NCBI GenBank assembly: GCA_964386095.1
Contig: CAYLQM010000001.1
Location: 4,372-68,371, forward strand
DNA length: 64,000 bases
Direction: 5' to 3'
Source of the DNA: an uncultured Methanosarcinales archaeon
GTDB taxonomy: Archaea > Nanobdellota > Nanobdellia > Woesearchaeales > JASKKU01
The notes beneath the pieces are model-generated. The model ran no database searches and had not been told where the DNA came from. It saw nothing but the letters and a program-made list of their open reading frames with translations. Position 1 is the first letter of the stretch. The number at the start of each line of letters is the position of its first letter. The position numbers and the translations under genes are program-made. Positions 47,197 to 56,467 of this stretch are shown here, one piece after another.

Positions 47197-48021
47197 TTAT
47201 TTAAACAAACTCCTAAATAACGGCAGTTCGCTGATGTCTTTCGGTTTTCTCTTCTTTTTCGTTTGCCTCGACACGTTAAGATTTTTGTAGTTGTTTACAA
47301 CCTCTTCCCCATATAACAAGGACATTATCTCCAGAGTGTTGTTGTTTACCTCATTTAATTTTTGACAGATGTCTTCTTTTATTTTGCTATCTTGGTACTT
47401 TTCGCTGAGGGAGAACAAATCAATTAATTCAGAAATGTCATGACTCAATATTTCATAAGTAGTACCTTTTGAGCGATTGAAAAACTGCGACCCTGGAATT
47501 TTCAAGTATTCTTTTCTAGTATATTCCCCTTTGTTTCTTCTTATCGCATAAATGCCCTGGATTGTATCATAGCCTCTTTTAATGAGATCGTAAGGTGTAA
47601 TGCATTCCAAAACCTTTTCTTTGGTCAGACTTCTTTTTTCTGGATTATTATAATCTACAATCTTTTCCCATAAACCCGCAAAGAATGTAACTTTGAACCA
47701 ATTCAAGTCAAAATCAAGATTTTTGTTTGTTTTTATTTTGTATTCTTCAAAAGTTTTTTCAGTTAGTCTAGATAAATCATCAACGAATGCAGGAAAATCT
47801 GTATGGTCGTTGACGCAAAGAATGCCATAATAGGCTTTCTTCATTTCTTGTTTTGTGATTCCATTATATAACTTTAAGGTAAAATTAGGCCCTGATTTAA
47901 GATGTCTTGTGATGCTATGGACCATCTCGCCTTTGTAGTATCTCCGCATGTACAACAGATTTCGCGGTCGAGTCACATCCGAATGAGTTACATACTCCTT
48001 GATTTTCTCAACCAGGCTCAT
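47197..48021 (-). CDS. Hypothetical protein (274 aa)
   Basis: ORF with no recognisable domain. Confidence 0.4.
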   Translation of the reverse strand: MSLVEKIKEYVTHSDVTRPRNLLYMRRYYKGEMVHSITRHLKSGPNFTLKLYNGITKQEMKKAYYGILCVNDHTDFPAFVDDLSRLTEKTFEEYKIKTNKNLDFDLNWFKVTFFAGLWEKIVDYNNPEKRSLTKEKVLECITPYDLIKRGYDTIQGIYAIRRNKGEYTRKEYLKIPGSQFFNRSKGTTYEILSHDISELIDLFSLSEKYQDSKIKEDICQKLNEVNNNTLEIMSLLYGEEVVNNYKNLNVSRQTKKKRKPKDISELPLFRSLFK

Positions 48022-48082
48022 TATTTTGCTGAGAAATCAAACAGGTTTATAAATATTATGTTTTGTTACTATTGCGGGGATA

Positions 48083-48829
48083 TCAAACTTTCTTTTTTTC
48101 TTCTTCCTCTTCTGCGTAATATTGCTCGAATTCTTTACCTACATCAATCTTGAGTTGAACTGCCGAGTTAGTTGAATTCGCACTAACGTAAATTGATGGC
48201 GCAGAGACTCTAATGAATTCATTGTTGACTTTGAATACTGCAAAAGAACCAACTCTAACTCTTTTCGTACCGAACTTGTATGCGTTGGAAATGTTGATTA
48301 AAGTTAAATAGACATAATTGTATCCTGAATTGTTGTCATGAATAATATCGTCAATATTAATTGCAAGCCCTTTCAAATTGTATTGCTCTAAAGATACGTA
48401 ATTCCGGTTGTTTATTGGCGTTGTATCTTCTATAACTGAATCAAGGGTACATTTTCCCTCACTGCAATTATTTTCGCAGATGAAAGTTTTGTTCCTTAAA
48501 CTATTATTTTCACAGAACCATTCCAAAACAGTTTGATTATCCATGCAAACATCCTTTTTTTCAATTGAGAAGTTTTGCGATGGATACTGATAGATTAACT
48601 CAACATAAGTTTGTTCGTAAATATTCTTATAATTAAATTCGGGCTTTTCTCTGCAGATTGTTCCAATTAATGATTCGCAGGTTCCATTAATGCATTTTGA
48701 ATTGTTGGAGCAATCTGAGTCACAGGTGCAAATGTTGTCTTGAACTGTCTCCGGCAACTTAACAGTTAGGATTATTAAAGCGATTAAAAATATGGTAATT
48801 AAAGATACAAAGAGCTTGTGCTTCATCAT
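48083..48829 (-). CDS. Secreted cysteine-rich protein (248 aa)
   Basis: Signal peptide LFVSLITIFLIALIIL plus multiple CxxxC/CxC clusters. Confidence 0.45.
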   Translation of the reverse strand: MMKHKLFVSLITIFLIALIILTVKLPETVQDNICTCDSDCSNNSKCINGTCESLIGTICREKPEFNYKNIYEQTYVELIYQYPSQNFSIEKKDVCMDNQTVLEWFCENNSLRNKTFICENNCSEGKCTLDSVIEDTTPINNRNYVSLEQYNLKGLAINIDDIIHDNNSGYNYVYLTLINISNAYKFGTKRVRVGSFAVFKVNNEFIRVSAPSIYVSANSTNSAVQLKIDVGKEFEQYYAEEEEEKKKV

Positions 48830-48964
48830 TTTGCTGTGTTCAAACCAAAACTGTTTTTTTATTTTTAAACTTTTGTAATAATCTTAGAATAATACTCTTT
48901 GGTCAAACAGCAGACTGAAGTTTTCAAAATATTTATAATTGAATGCATAGTCTATATTTAAATC

Positions 48965-50644
48965 ATGAAACGGGAATTGCCTGATATCATTGAAAAATAT
49001 GCTCTTAAAAATGCCATAGAACATAATGGCAAAGCAAATCCAAAAGCGCTGATTGGGAAAGTGATTGCAGAATTTCCCGAATATAAAACCAAAATTCGCG
49101 AGATAATGCCTTTCATCGAACAAAAGGCATCCGAAATAAATGATTTATCTCTGGAAGAACAGAAGCAGATTGCCCAGGAAAAGCATCCTGAAATATTTGT
49201 GAAAGAGAAAAAGAAGAAGGACCTGCCGGAGTTGCCTAACGCAGTGAAAGGAAAGGTTGTTACAAGGATTCCCCCTGAACCGAGCAAGTACGCTCATATT
49301 GGCCATGCTTTATCCTTTCTCATAAATTACATCTATGCCAGGAGGTACGAAGGCAAGAGTATTCTCAGGTTTGAAGATACCAACCCTGAAAAATCTGCTC
49401 AAGAGTTTGTTGATGCAATGCTAAATGATGTGCAAAATTATTTGGGAATCAAGCCTGATAAGATTATGTTTGCATCGGATGACATGCCCAAGTTTATTGA
49501 AGCAGCTGTTGAATTGATTAAACGTGGAAAGGCTTATGTTTGTTTTTGTGATCAGCAAACAATGAAGGAAAATCGGCAGAAAGGTCTGGAGTGCAGTTGC
49601 CGCAGTAAAAGTGTTGAGAAAAACCTAAAAGATTGGCAAGGAATGACGAATGGAAAATACAGTGCTGGGAAATGCACTTTAAGATTGAAGATTGATATGA
49701 AACATAAAAATTATGTTATGAGAGACCCGGTAATCTTCAGGATAGTCGAGCATGAACATTACAAGCACGGGCAAAAATACCGCGTTTGGCCAATGTATGA
49801 TTTTGAGAATTCTTTAGAGGATGCGTGGAATGGCGTAACTCACATACTTAGGAGCAATGAATTTGGAAAAATGCGCGAGGAATTGCAGAATTATATTAAG
49901 GAATTGTTCGGTTATCCAAAACCTTTTGTTAAACAATACGGCAGATTTAATGTAATGGGTTCAACAACAAAAGGCAGAGAAATAAGAGAATTGATTGAAA
50001 AGGGAGAATTAATTGGATGGGATGATCCAAGATTGGTTACATTAAAAGCTTTGAAACGAAGGGGTATACAACGGGAAGCTCTTTATGAAATGGTTAAAAA
50101 GATCGGATTATCATCGCAAATAACTAACATTGATTGGAATTTCATAAGCGCTTTTAACCGCAGGATTGTTGATAAATGTGCCAAGAGATTTATGTTAATC
50201 AGAAATCCTGTTAAGATTAGAATTAAGGGGGCTGAACCTCACGAAATAAAGATAAGACTTCATCCTGATGTTGATTACGGGTTAAAAACTCTTAAGGTTA
50301 ATGAAGAATTTTACCTCGAGAAAGAAGACTTTGAAAGCATAAGAGACAACGAAGTTGTAAGATTAATGGAATGCTTAAACTTCTATAAAAAGGGCGATGA
50401 ATTTTATTTTCATTCTTACGATTATAATGGATTTAAAGGCAAGGGTAACAAGATTATACATTGGTTGCCTGTTGAGGATTCGCAAGTTTTAAAAGTTAAA
50501 ATAATGATGCCTGATGCAAAAAAGATTGATGCATTATGTGAATTTAATGTTAAAGATGTTAAAGTGGATGAAATCGTTCAATTTGAGAGGTTTGGATTTG
50601 CTCGAAAAGATTCTGAGTTGGAGTTTTGGTATTCGCACAAGTGA
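48965..50644 (+). CDS. gltX: Glutamyl-tRNA synthetase (archaeal/eukaryotic-type class I Glx-RS)
   Basis: HIGH motif HIGHALSF and a Glx-RS catalytic core (RFEDTNPE). 559 aa with an anticodon-binding beta-barrel C-terminus. Confidence 0.85.
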   Translation: MKRELPDIIEKYALKNAIEHNGKANPKALIGKVIAEFPEYKTKIREIMPFIEQKASEINDLSLEEQKQIAQEKHPEIFVKEKKKKDLPELPNAVKGKVVTRIPPEPSKYAHIGHALSFLINYIYARRYEGKSILRFEDTNPEKSAQEFVDAMLNDVQNYLGIKPDKIMFASDDMPKFIEAAVELIKRGKAYVCFCDQQTMKENRQKGLECSCRSKSVEKNLKDWQGMTNGKYSAGKCTLRLKIDMKHKNYVMRDPVIFRIVEHEHYKHGQKYRVWPMYDFENSLEDAWNGVTHILRSNEFGKMREELQNYIKELFGYPKPFVKQYGRFNVMGSTTKGREIRELIEKGELIGWDDPRLVTLKALKRRGIQREALYEMVKKIGLSSQITNIDWNFISAFNRRIVDKCAKRFMLIRNPVKIRIKGAEPHEIKIRLHPDVDYGLKTLKVNEEFYLEKEDFESIRDNEVVRLMECLNFYKKGDEFYFHSYDYNGFKGKGNKIIHWLPVEDSQVLKVKIMMPDAKKIDALCEFNVKDVKVDEIVQFERFGFARKDSELEFWYSHK

Positions 50645-51306
50645 AAATGTTAGCGAAAGTTTTTAAAGAAAATCTAAAGTCAATGCTCTCGGGGATTTTG
50701 CTTGGTTTGTTGGTGTTTATCTTTTTCATTTTATCTTCGTGTAGCCATGCTGATTTCAGTAATGATAATCCTAAACTGTTGAACGGTAAGAGGTGCGTTT
50801 TGATTATTGCTCCAGAAAATTTTAGGGATGAGGAGTTAACAGTCACCAAGGATGTATTAATTGAGAACGGAGCATATGTAGATGTTGCTTCAGTTAAGAA
50901 GGGAGTTGTTAAAGGGATGTTGGGTTACTCAATACAGGTTGATAAAACTGTTTCAGAACTTTCTGTTGATGACTTTGATTGCGTTGTTATTGTTGGAGGT
51001 TCTGGCGCTCCTGTTTTGCTTAAGCATGATGAAGTGCTTGATTTTGTTAAGAGAAGCAATGAGTTAAATAAGACTATCGGCGCGATTTGTTTAGGCCCCA
51101 TGGTTTTGGCAAAGGCAGGAGTTCTTGAAAGCAAAGATGCAACTGTTTTCAAGAGCAAAGAATCTCTTGATGTTTTTAAGGAGAATAATGTTAATTTCGT
51201 TGATAAGCCTTTGGTTGAAATCGGCAACATAATTACTGCAAATGGTCCGGATTATGCAGCAGATTTTGCGTATGCTTTGGTCAGATTGTTGAGCGAGAAT
51301 AATTAA
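50626..51306 (+). CDS. DJ-1/PfpI-family protein with an N-terminal signal/lipobox (start more likely the Met at 50647)
   Basis: Catalytic-Cys context IGAICLGPMVLAKAG. N-terminal hydrophobic region ends in LSSC (lipobox-like). Confidence 0.7.
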   Translation: MVFAQVKMLAKVFKENLKSMLSGILLGLLVFIFFILSSCSHADFSNDNPKLLNGKRCVLIIAPENFRDEELTVTKDVLIENGAYVDVASVKKGVVKGMLGYSIQVDKTVSELSVDDFDCVVIVGGSGAPVLLKHDEVLDFVKRSNELNKTIGAICLGPMVLAKAGVLESKDATVFKSKESLDVFKENNVNFVDKPLVEIGNIITANGPDYAADFAYALVRLLSENN

Positions 51307-51335
51307 GATAAAATTATGAAGACACAAAAAACCTG

Positions 51336-51653
51336 ATTGAAGATCAGCTTAATTCAAAAGGAAAACAAACACGAAATGTTTGGGCAATTCCACTTACACC
51401 AAAAAAGGAAAAATGGGCAGGAGAACATCCAACTCAAAAACCTGAAGAATTACTTAGGAGAGTTCTATTGGCATGCACTAATCCCGAAGATTTAGTTTTA
51501 GATCCGTTTTTGGGCTCTGGCACAACCTCAGCAGTCGCTATGAAACTAAGAGGAAACTCAATAGGCATTGAAAAAAATAAAAAATATTTGGAAATCATAA
51601 AAATTTGTAAACAAATTTTCTTAATATCTTTGAGGGGAGATGTTATCTCTTAA
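51336..51653 (+). pseudogene. C-terminal remnant of a beta-class N4/N6 DNA methyltransferase (motif I only; catalytic DPPY half absent)
   Basis: Open frame after a stop at 51333 encodes ...NVWAIPL...[58 protein letters not shown]. This is the HPTxKP + DPFxGSGTT + IGIE signature. No ATG is present and the listed start is TTG. Confidence 0.55.
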
Positions 51654-51753
51654 AAAACCATGCGAGGTGGTGCTGGAAAAAGATATTTCAACCAAAAACT
51701 TTTTATTTGCAATTCATCTAATTTAATCTAATGAATATGTTCCGGGTGAAAAA

Positions 51754-51936
51754 ATGATTGGCATAACTGAATTATTGATAATCTTGCTGATAATTTTAAT
51801 TCTTTTTGGGCCAAAGAGACTGCCTGAATTGGCAAGAGCTATAGGAAAATCGGTTCATGAATTCAAAAAGGCTTCGAGGGGAGAATACGCCGAAGATGAA
51901 AAGCCCAAAAAGAGAAACACAAAAAAGAAAAAGTAA
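51754..51936 (+). CDS. tatA: Twin-arginine translocase subunit TatA
   Basis: TM LLIILLIILILFGPKRLPELARAIGKSVHEFKKA matches the TatA/E consensus. Confidence 0.8.
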   Translation: MIGITELLIILLIILILFGPKRLPELARAIGKSVHEFKKASRGEYAEDEKPKKRNTKKKK

Positions 51937-52627
51937 TCTTATCAAGAGACCTCTCGCTGAACACTTGGAAGAGTTCAGATTTAGGATGCTCTTTTCCCTT
52001 TTTTTCTTTATGATAGTTTCACTAGTTTTATTTTTTGTCTCCCCTTATGTTTTAAAAAGAGTAATAAATGATTTCATAAATAATTCCGTGAAAATTGTTT
52101 CTTTAAGTCCAACGGAGGTAATACTGTCGGAAATAAGAATTGCTCTGTTTCTTTCTTTTATTGCATCACTGCCTGTGTTTATTTATCACTTATTCAAGTT
52201 CGTTAAGCCGGCAGTTAAAGATAATGAAAAACCTATGTTTGTTCTGTTCATTCTGTCCAGCCCTTTATTGTTTCTGCTTGGAAGCTGGTTTGCTTACTTT
52301 GTTGTATTGAAGTTTGCAATTGCCTTTTTTTCAAAAATCTCTTTGGTTGTAGTGAATTACAACTTGTGGAGTATTAAGGAATTGACCAAATTCATTCTGA
52401 ATTTTTGCTTCTCTTTTGGGCTCGTGTTTGAATTGCCTCTCATAATGTTCTTTTTAAATGCCTTAGGTTTGTTAAGTAAAGATGACTTTAAAAAATACCG
52501 ACCTTTTATTTATGTGATTATTTTTGTTCTCGCAGCCGTAATTACCCCGCCAGATGTTATCACCCAGTTGATTTTAGCTTTCCCGTTAATAATTCTTTAT
52601 GAGTTGTCCTTGCTTTTTATTAGATGA
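51857..52627 (+). CDS. tatC: Twin-arginine translocase subunit TatC (true start probably an internal Met, e.g. 51896)
   Basis: LAEHLEEFRFRM near the N-terminus and 6 TM helices. The track ORF overlaps tatA by 80 bp in another frame. Confidence 0.75.
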   Translation: MNSKRLRGENTPKMKSPKRETQKRKSNLIKRPLAEHLEEFRFRMLFSLFFFMIVSLVLFFVSPYVLKRVINDFINNSVKIVSLSPTEVILSEIRIALFLSFIASLPVFIYHLFKFVKPAVKDNEKPMFVLFILSSPLLFLLGSWFAYFVVLKFAIAFFSKISLVVVNYNLWSIKELTKFILNFCFSFGLVFELPLIMFFLNALGLLSKDDFKKYRPFIYVIIFVLAAVITPPDVITQLILAFPLIILYELSLLFIR

Positions 52628-52629
52628 TT

Positions 52630-54330
52630 TTATTTTTTATTTTCTGAGAAAACATGAGCCCTGTAAACATACACCTCTGTAGAGGAATCTTTCCAACAAT
52701 AAGGGTTCATGCCGCCTTTTATGCAAAGTTGGGTTAAAAACGATTCCTTATCAGGCAACTGCTCCCATACTTGAGGCAGGTAGGTGCTTTGCCTGAAACC
52801 TCTTTTCAATATTACGCCATGAACATTTGGAATAAGCTTGTTTTTCAAATCTTCGGGAGACGAAAATGTAAGTCTTGTTGGTACTGAGAGTGCAGAGATT
52901 TCTATGGTAATATCTTTTAATTCATCTGTTGAAACAGGGTTAAACCTGGGATCATTCACAGCGGCGTTTATTGCGTTGTCCATAACGCATTTATAGAGTT
53001 CTTCTTGAGGTAATATGTGCCCAATGCAACCTCTCAGCATTCCGTTCTTTTCAAGCGTTACAAAACAACCCATCTTTTGTTTTAATTTGTCAGATACCTG
53101 TGATTTATCTACTTTGGGTCTTCTCCCTGTTGCGAGATAAGTTTCAATGGTTTCACGGGCTAATTTCAGCAAAAATTCTTTTTCTTCAGGCGTTAATTCA
53201 ATAACACTATCTTCCGGGTTAGAGAATGCAATTGCCATGTAGCTCACCGAGTTTGTGAAATCGTTTAAGATGTTGCCAGATGCATCATATTTGATTAAGG
53301 TTGTATTTAATTGTTTGTCTTTTATTATGTTTAAAAGTAGGATTATTGGATTCCTGCCACAGATTGTATCTTGGGTTCTTTGGATGAAATTGTAAAAATT
53401 CAATGCGTCCTTGCTTTTAATACTTTCAAAAGCTTGCAAATCAAGTTTTTTAATGTTTTCCTTAACATTATCTGTAAATGGCAAATAACCATAATTTGCA
53501 CCGTAATGAGTGAAATCCGAGCTAACAACTATCAAACTATCATTATCGATGTATTCGTTTAGGGTTTTTGCAATCTCCTGCAAATCAGCATAACTGTTCA
53601 AGTTTCCAACCAACAAAGGAACGATTTCAAAGTCATTTAAACAGTACTGTAAGAAAGGAAGCTCTATTTCGATAGCATGTTCTTTTGAATGCATTTCAGG
53701 AACAAATGTGAAAAGAGGTTTTTTTAATAATTCTTTAACAATGTTTGAGACTTCAATTTTTCCGAGCGGGGTTCTGTAATGAGTAAAGTTTCCCACAGAA
53801 ATCCCCCGAAAGCTTGCATAATGAGATGGCGCCAAAATGAATACTTTCTGGTAGCTTTTATTGCAAATTGTGTTAAAAGCTGTTGAAGCGGTTTGACCGG
53901 AGAAACGCCAACCAGCATGAGGCACTATTATGGCAAAAATGTTTTCTTTTTTTAGTTTGCTGATTGTATTATTAATTTCTTGGATTTCCTTATTGTTTTT
54001 AAAGAAGGTTTCAATCTCGTTAATTACAGCTTCTTTTGTTCTGGGATACCATGAACCTGAGATTGCTGGTTCTCTTACAATTTCTTTAAACTTCGTTGTT
54101 TGTTTATTTGCCAAACCCGTTTCAGTTTTGTTGCCTAATTTCGTGCGAAATACAAGAATAGCAATAATTATGATTAATATCACAAGGGAAATTTTGAAAA
54201 TCGTTTTAATTTCTATAATTTGTTTTTTGCCTGATGTTTTGCTTTTATTCTTTCTTTTTGTCTTTTTGGCGGGTTTGCGAATTTTTGTCATCCTACCATC
54301 GCCCTGGAATTTCAGTATTGCAATATTCAC
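52630..54330 (-). CDS. Memo-like + AMMECR1 fusion protein with an N-terminal membrane anchor (AmmeMemoRadiSam components A+B fused)
   Basis: Basic N-terminal tail and one TM (ISLVILIIIIAILVF). Memo/UPF0103 motifs (SGSWYP..., IVPHAGWRFSGQTA). C-terminal AMMECR1 domain (MGCFVTLEKNGMLRGCIGHILP...VNDPRF). Confidence 0.75.
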   Translation of the reverse strand: MNIAILKFQGDGRMTKIRKPAKKTKRKNKSKTSGKKQIIEIKTIFKISLVILIIIIAILVFRTKLGNKTETGLANKQTTKFKEIVREPAISGSWYPRTKEAVINEIETFFKNNKEIQEINNTISKLKKENIFAIIVPHAGWRFSGQTASTAFNTICNKSYQKVFILAPSHYASFRGISVGNFTHYRTPLGKIEVSNIVKELLKKPLFTFVPEMHSKEHAIEIELPFLQYCLNDFEIVPLLVGNLNSYADLQEIAKTLNEYIDNDSLIVVSSDFTHYGANYGYLPFTDNVKENIKKLDLQAFESIKSKDALNFYNFIQRTQDTICGRNPIILLLNIIKDKQLNTTLIKYDASGNILNDFTNSVSYMAIAFSNPEDSVIELTPEEKEFLLKLARETIETYLATGRRPKVDKSQVSDKLKQKMGCFVTLEKNGMLRGCIGHILPQEELYKCVMDNAINAAVNDPRFNPVSTDELKDITIEISALSVPTRLTFSSPEDLKNKLIPNVHGVILKRGFRQSTYLPQVWEQLPDKESFLTQLCIKGGMNPYCWKDSSTEVYVYRAHVFSENKK

Positions 54331-55501
54331 ATTTTCCGTTTTTAATATGATTTTGAATTATGAGAAATCCTTTTCGTTCGATCAATAATTTGTTGCAATT
54401 TGGGCAATAAGTATGCTCGCCATCATGACCTGGCACATTTCCAATGTAAACAAATTTTAATCCTTGTTCTAAAGCAATCTTTCTCGCCCGGGTGAGAGTT
54501 TCAACAGGCGTGGGCGGTACATTTTGCAGTTTGTATTCTGGATGAAATCTGGAGAAATGTAAGGGGGTATTTTCAAACCCATTGTCATACAGCCATTTCG
54601 CCATCTTTTTAATCATATCAAGATCGTCAGTCCAATTTGGTATGATTAAATTGGTTATCTCTAACCAAACCCCTTCCTCATTTAACACTTTGAGCGTTCG
54701 TAAAACTGGGTCCAAGGTTCCGCCATTGAGCTTCTGATAGGTGCTGTTGCTAAAACTTTTCAAGTCAATATTGGCGGCGTCAAGAAACTTTGTTAGAGTT
54801 CTCAAAGGTTTTTCATTGATATATCCAGCGCTGATTAATACATTTTTAATCCCTTGTTCTCTTGCGAGTTTAGCAATATCGTAAGTGTATTCATAAAATA
54901 CAATGGGTTCAGAGTAAGTGTAGGCAATTGATGTGCAGTTGTTTTTCGCGGCTTCTTCAACAACTTGTTGTGACGAAAGATTATAGCTTTGCAGGTCTTC
55001 CGGATTTGATTGAGAAATCTCCCAATTCTGACAGTTTAAACATCTAAGATTGCAACCGGCAGTTGCTATTGAAAAGGCTGCGCTTTCAGGATAAAAATGA
55101 AACAACGGTTTTTTTTCAATGGGGTCAATATGCAATGCAACTGGTTTTCCATAAACTAAGGAATATAAGGTATTGTTGTGATTTTCTCTTACTCTGCAGA
55201 TTCCTCTACTGCCTTCCTGAAGAAAACATTCCCTTGGACATAACAAACATTTGACTCCAAAATCATATTTCTCATAAAACATTGCTTCTTTAAGAGAATC
55301 GAGTTTCATTTTGTCACTCTCTTTAGAAGTATTAGTTAAAAGACTATTTAAACTTTTAGAACCCAACAAGGAGTTAAACCCGTAAAGAGCCACGGCTAAA
55401 CTACCCAAACCAAGCACACTCTTTTTTATGAACTCTCTCCTGTCAACTTTTTTGGAGAGGATTTTTGGAATTCTGTTTTTAGATTTTTCTTTTTTGGGCA
55501 T
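54293..55501 (-). CDS. AmmeMemoRadiSam-system radical SAM enzyme with an N-terminal twin-arginine signal peptide
   Basis: CNLRCLNCQNWEIS is a CxxxCxxC radical-SAM motif. KCLLCPRECFLQEGSRGICRVREN is the family-typical N-terminal Cys cluster. The first ~50 aa read DRREFIKKSVLGLGSLAVALYGFNSLLGSKS, i.e. the Tat consensus S/T-R-R-x-F-L-K, then an h-region and an AxA-like site. Confidence 0.8.
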   Translation of the reverse strand: MPKKEKSKNRIPKILSKKVDRREFIKKSVLGLGSLAVALYGFNSLLGSKSLNSLLTNTSKESDKMKLDSLKEAMFYEKYDFGVKCLLCPRECFLQEGSRGICRVRENHNNTLYSLVYGKPVALHIDPIEKKPLFHFYPESAAFSIATAGCNLRCLNCQNWEISQSNPEDLQSYNLSSQQVVEEAAKNNCTSIAYTYSEPIVFYEYTYDIAKLAREQGIKNVLISAGYINEKPLRTLTKFLDAANIDLKSFSNSTYQKLNGGTLDPVLRTLKVLNEEGVWLEITNLIIPNWTDDLDMIKKMAKWLYDNGFENTPLHFSRFHPEYKLQNVPPTPVETLTRARKIALEQGLKFVYIGNVPGHDGEHTYCPNCNKLLIERKGFLIIQNHIKNGKCEYCNTEIPGRW

Positions 55502-55694
55502 ATTTTATTTTTTATGTGATTTGTTTTTAAAAATCTTATTGAACTTATGTAGGTTAAGGATGTTTAAGATAGATTGTTTTTCAGTTCTTTCGTAAGTGAA
55601 GGTATGTTGGAGTTTTAAGGATAGAAGAAATTAAGGTTAAGGTTTCCCCAGCTTTAACTGCTCTTCTACTGAAGTCATACCAGAAAATAGGGGA

Positions 55695-56447
55695 TTATTT
55701 TGTAAACTTTTTAACAGAGCAGCACCTTTTTAGCATTCTCCAGATTAAACCAACTGGACAAAAATGATTGCACCAAAATCTTGGAATTACCATTGAGAAC
55801 AATACCAATATGCCAATTATAACTGAGCCGAGTTTAACAGAGTAGGATGGCGTTAGGAAAATTCTTGTAATGAATTCGAGTTTCTGGGGGATAATGAGCA
55901 ATGAAAAGAATGCCAGCAGGAAAAATGTAAGAAAGATATAACCCATTGCATTTAAAATTAAACTTATTTTCTTGTTTTTATCAGGATTTATTTGTTTAAT
56001 TTTTAAACTTCTGCCAACAAGGTTTAAACTGTCTTGAACTTTTCCAACAGGGCACAAGTTGGAACACCATGTTCTTGATTCCAAGTTCATTAACACTGCG
56101 CTTGATAAAATGATATTCTGCATTTGGCCAAAAGGGCATTTTGCAGGACAAACCGAACAGAAAACATAAGGCATTTTAAACCTGCATTTAAACAGCGGGG
56201 CGGCAACAACAGGAATTAACAAGAATTGACCGAGGTTTCCGGTTTTATGCTTCAAATTCAATGCCTTTTTTGAAACTTTGAACATAAGAATTCCAAAGAC
56301 AAACAAGAATAGAATGAGGATTGTTAAATAAACACCTCTTTTGTAGAACAATCTGTTGATTGAGGCGTTTTTAAAGAAAAGAAGCAAGAGAATGAAAAAG
56401 AGAAGGTTGTAACTCAAACCCATCCAAAACTTTTTGTTATTAACCAT
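55695..56447 (-). CDS. Cys-rich polytopic membrane protein (3 x CxxxCP-type motifs), possible membrane redox/Fe-S protein
   Basis: CSVCPAKCPFG, CSNLCPVGK and CNHFCPVG between TM helices. 250 aa. Confidence 0.45.
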   Translation of the reverse strand: MVNNKKFWMGLSYNLLFFILLLLFFKNASINRLFYKRGVYLTILILFLFVFGILMFKVSKKALNLKHKTGNLGQFLLIPVVAAPLFKCRFKMPYVFCSVCPAKCPFGQMQNIILSSAVLMNLESRTWCSNLCPVGKVQDSLNLVGRSLKIKQINPDKNKKISLILNAMGYIFLTFFLLAFFSLLIIPQKLEFITRIFLTPSYSVKLGSVIIGILVLFSMVIPRFWCNHFCPVGLIWRMLKRCCSVKKFTK

Positions 56448-56467
56448 AATCTGCTAACTTTTGATTT

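Noticed and set aside
51857-51936. 80-bp out-of-frame overlap of tatC with tatA
   Set aside because: It is more likely that tatC starts at an internal Met (e.g. 51896 or later). I kept the track coordinates but flagged the start as uncertain.
55695-56447. Calling the CxxxCP membrane protein a NapH/NosR-family ferredoxin outright
   Set aside because: The motifs are half-sites (CxxxCP) rather than full CxxCxxCxxxCP clusters. Only a generic redox-membrane-protein suggestion is defensible without HMM support.
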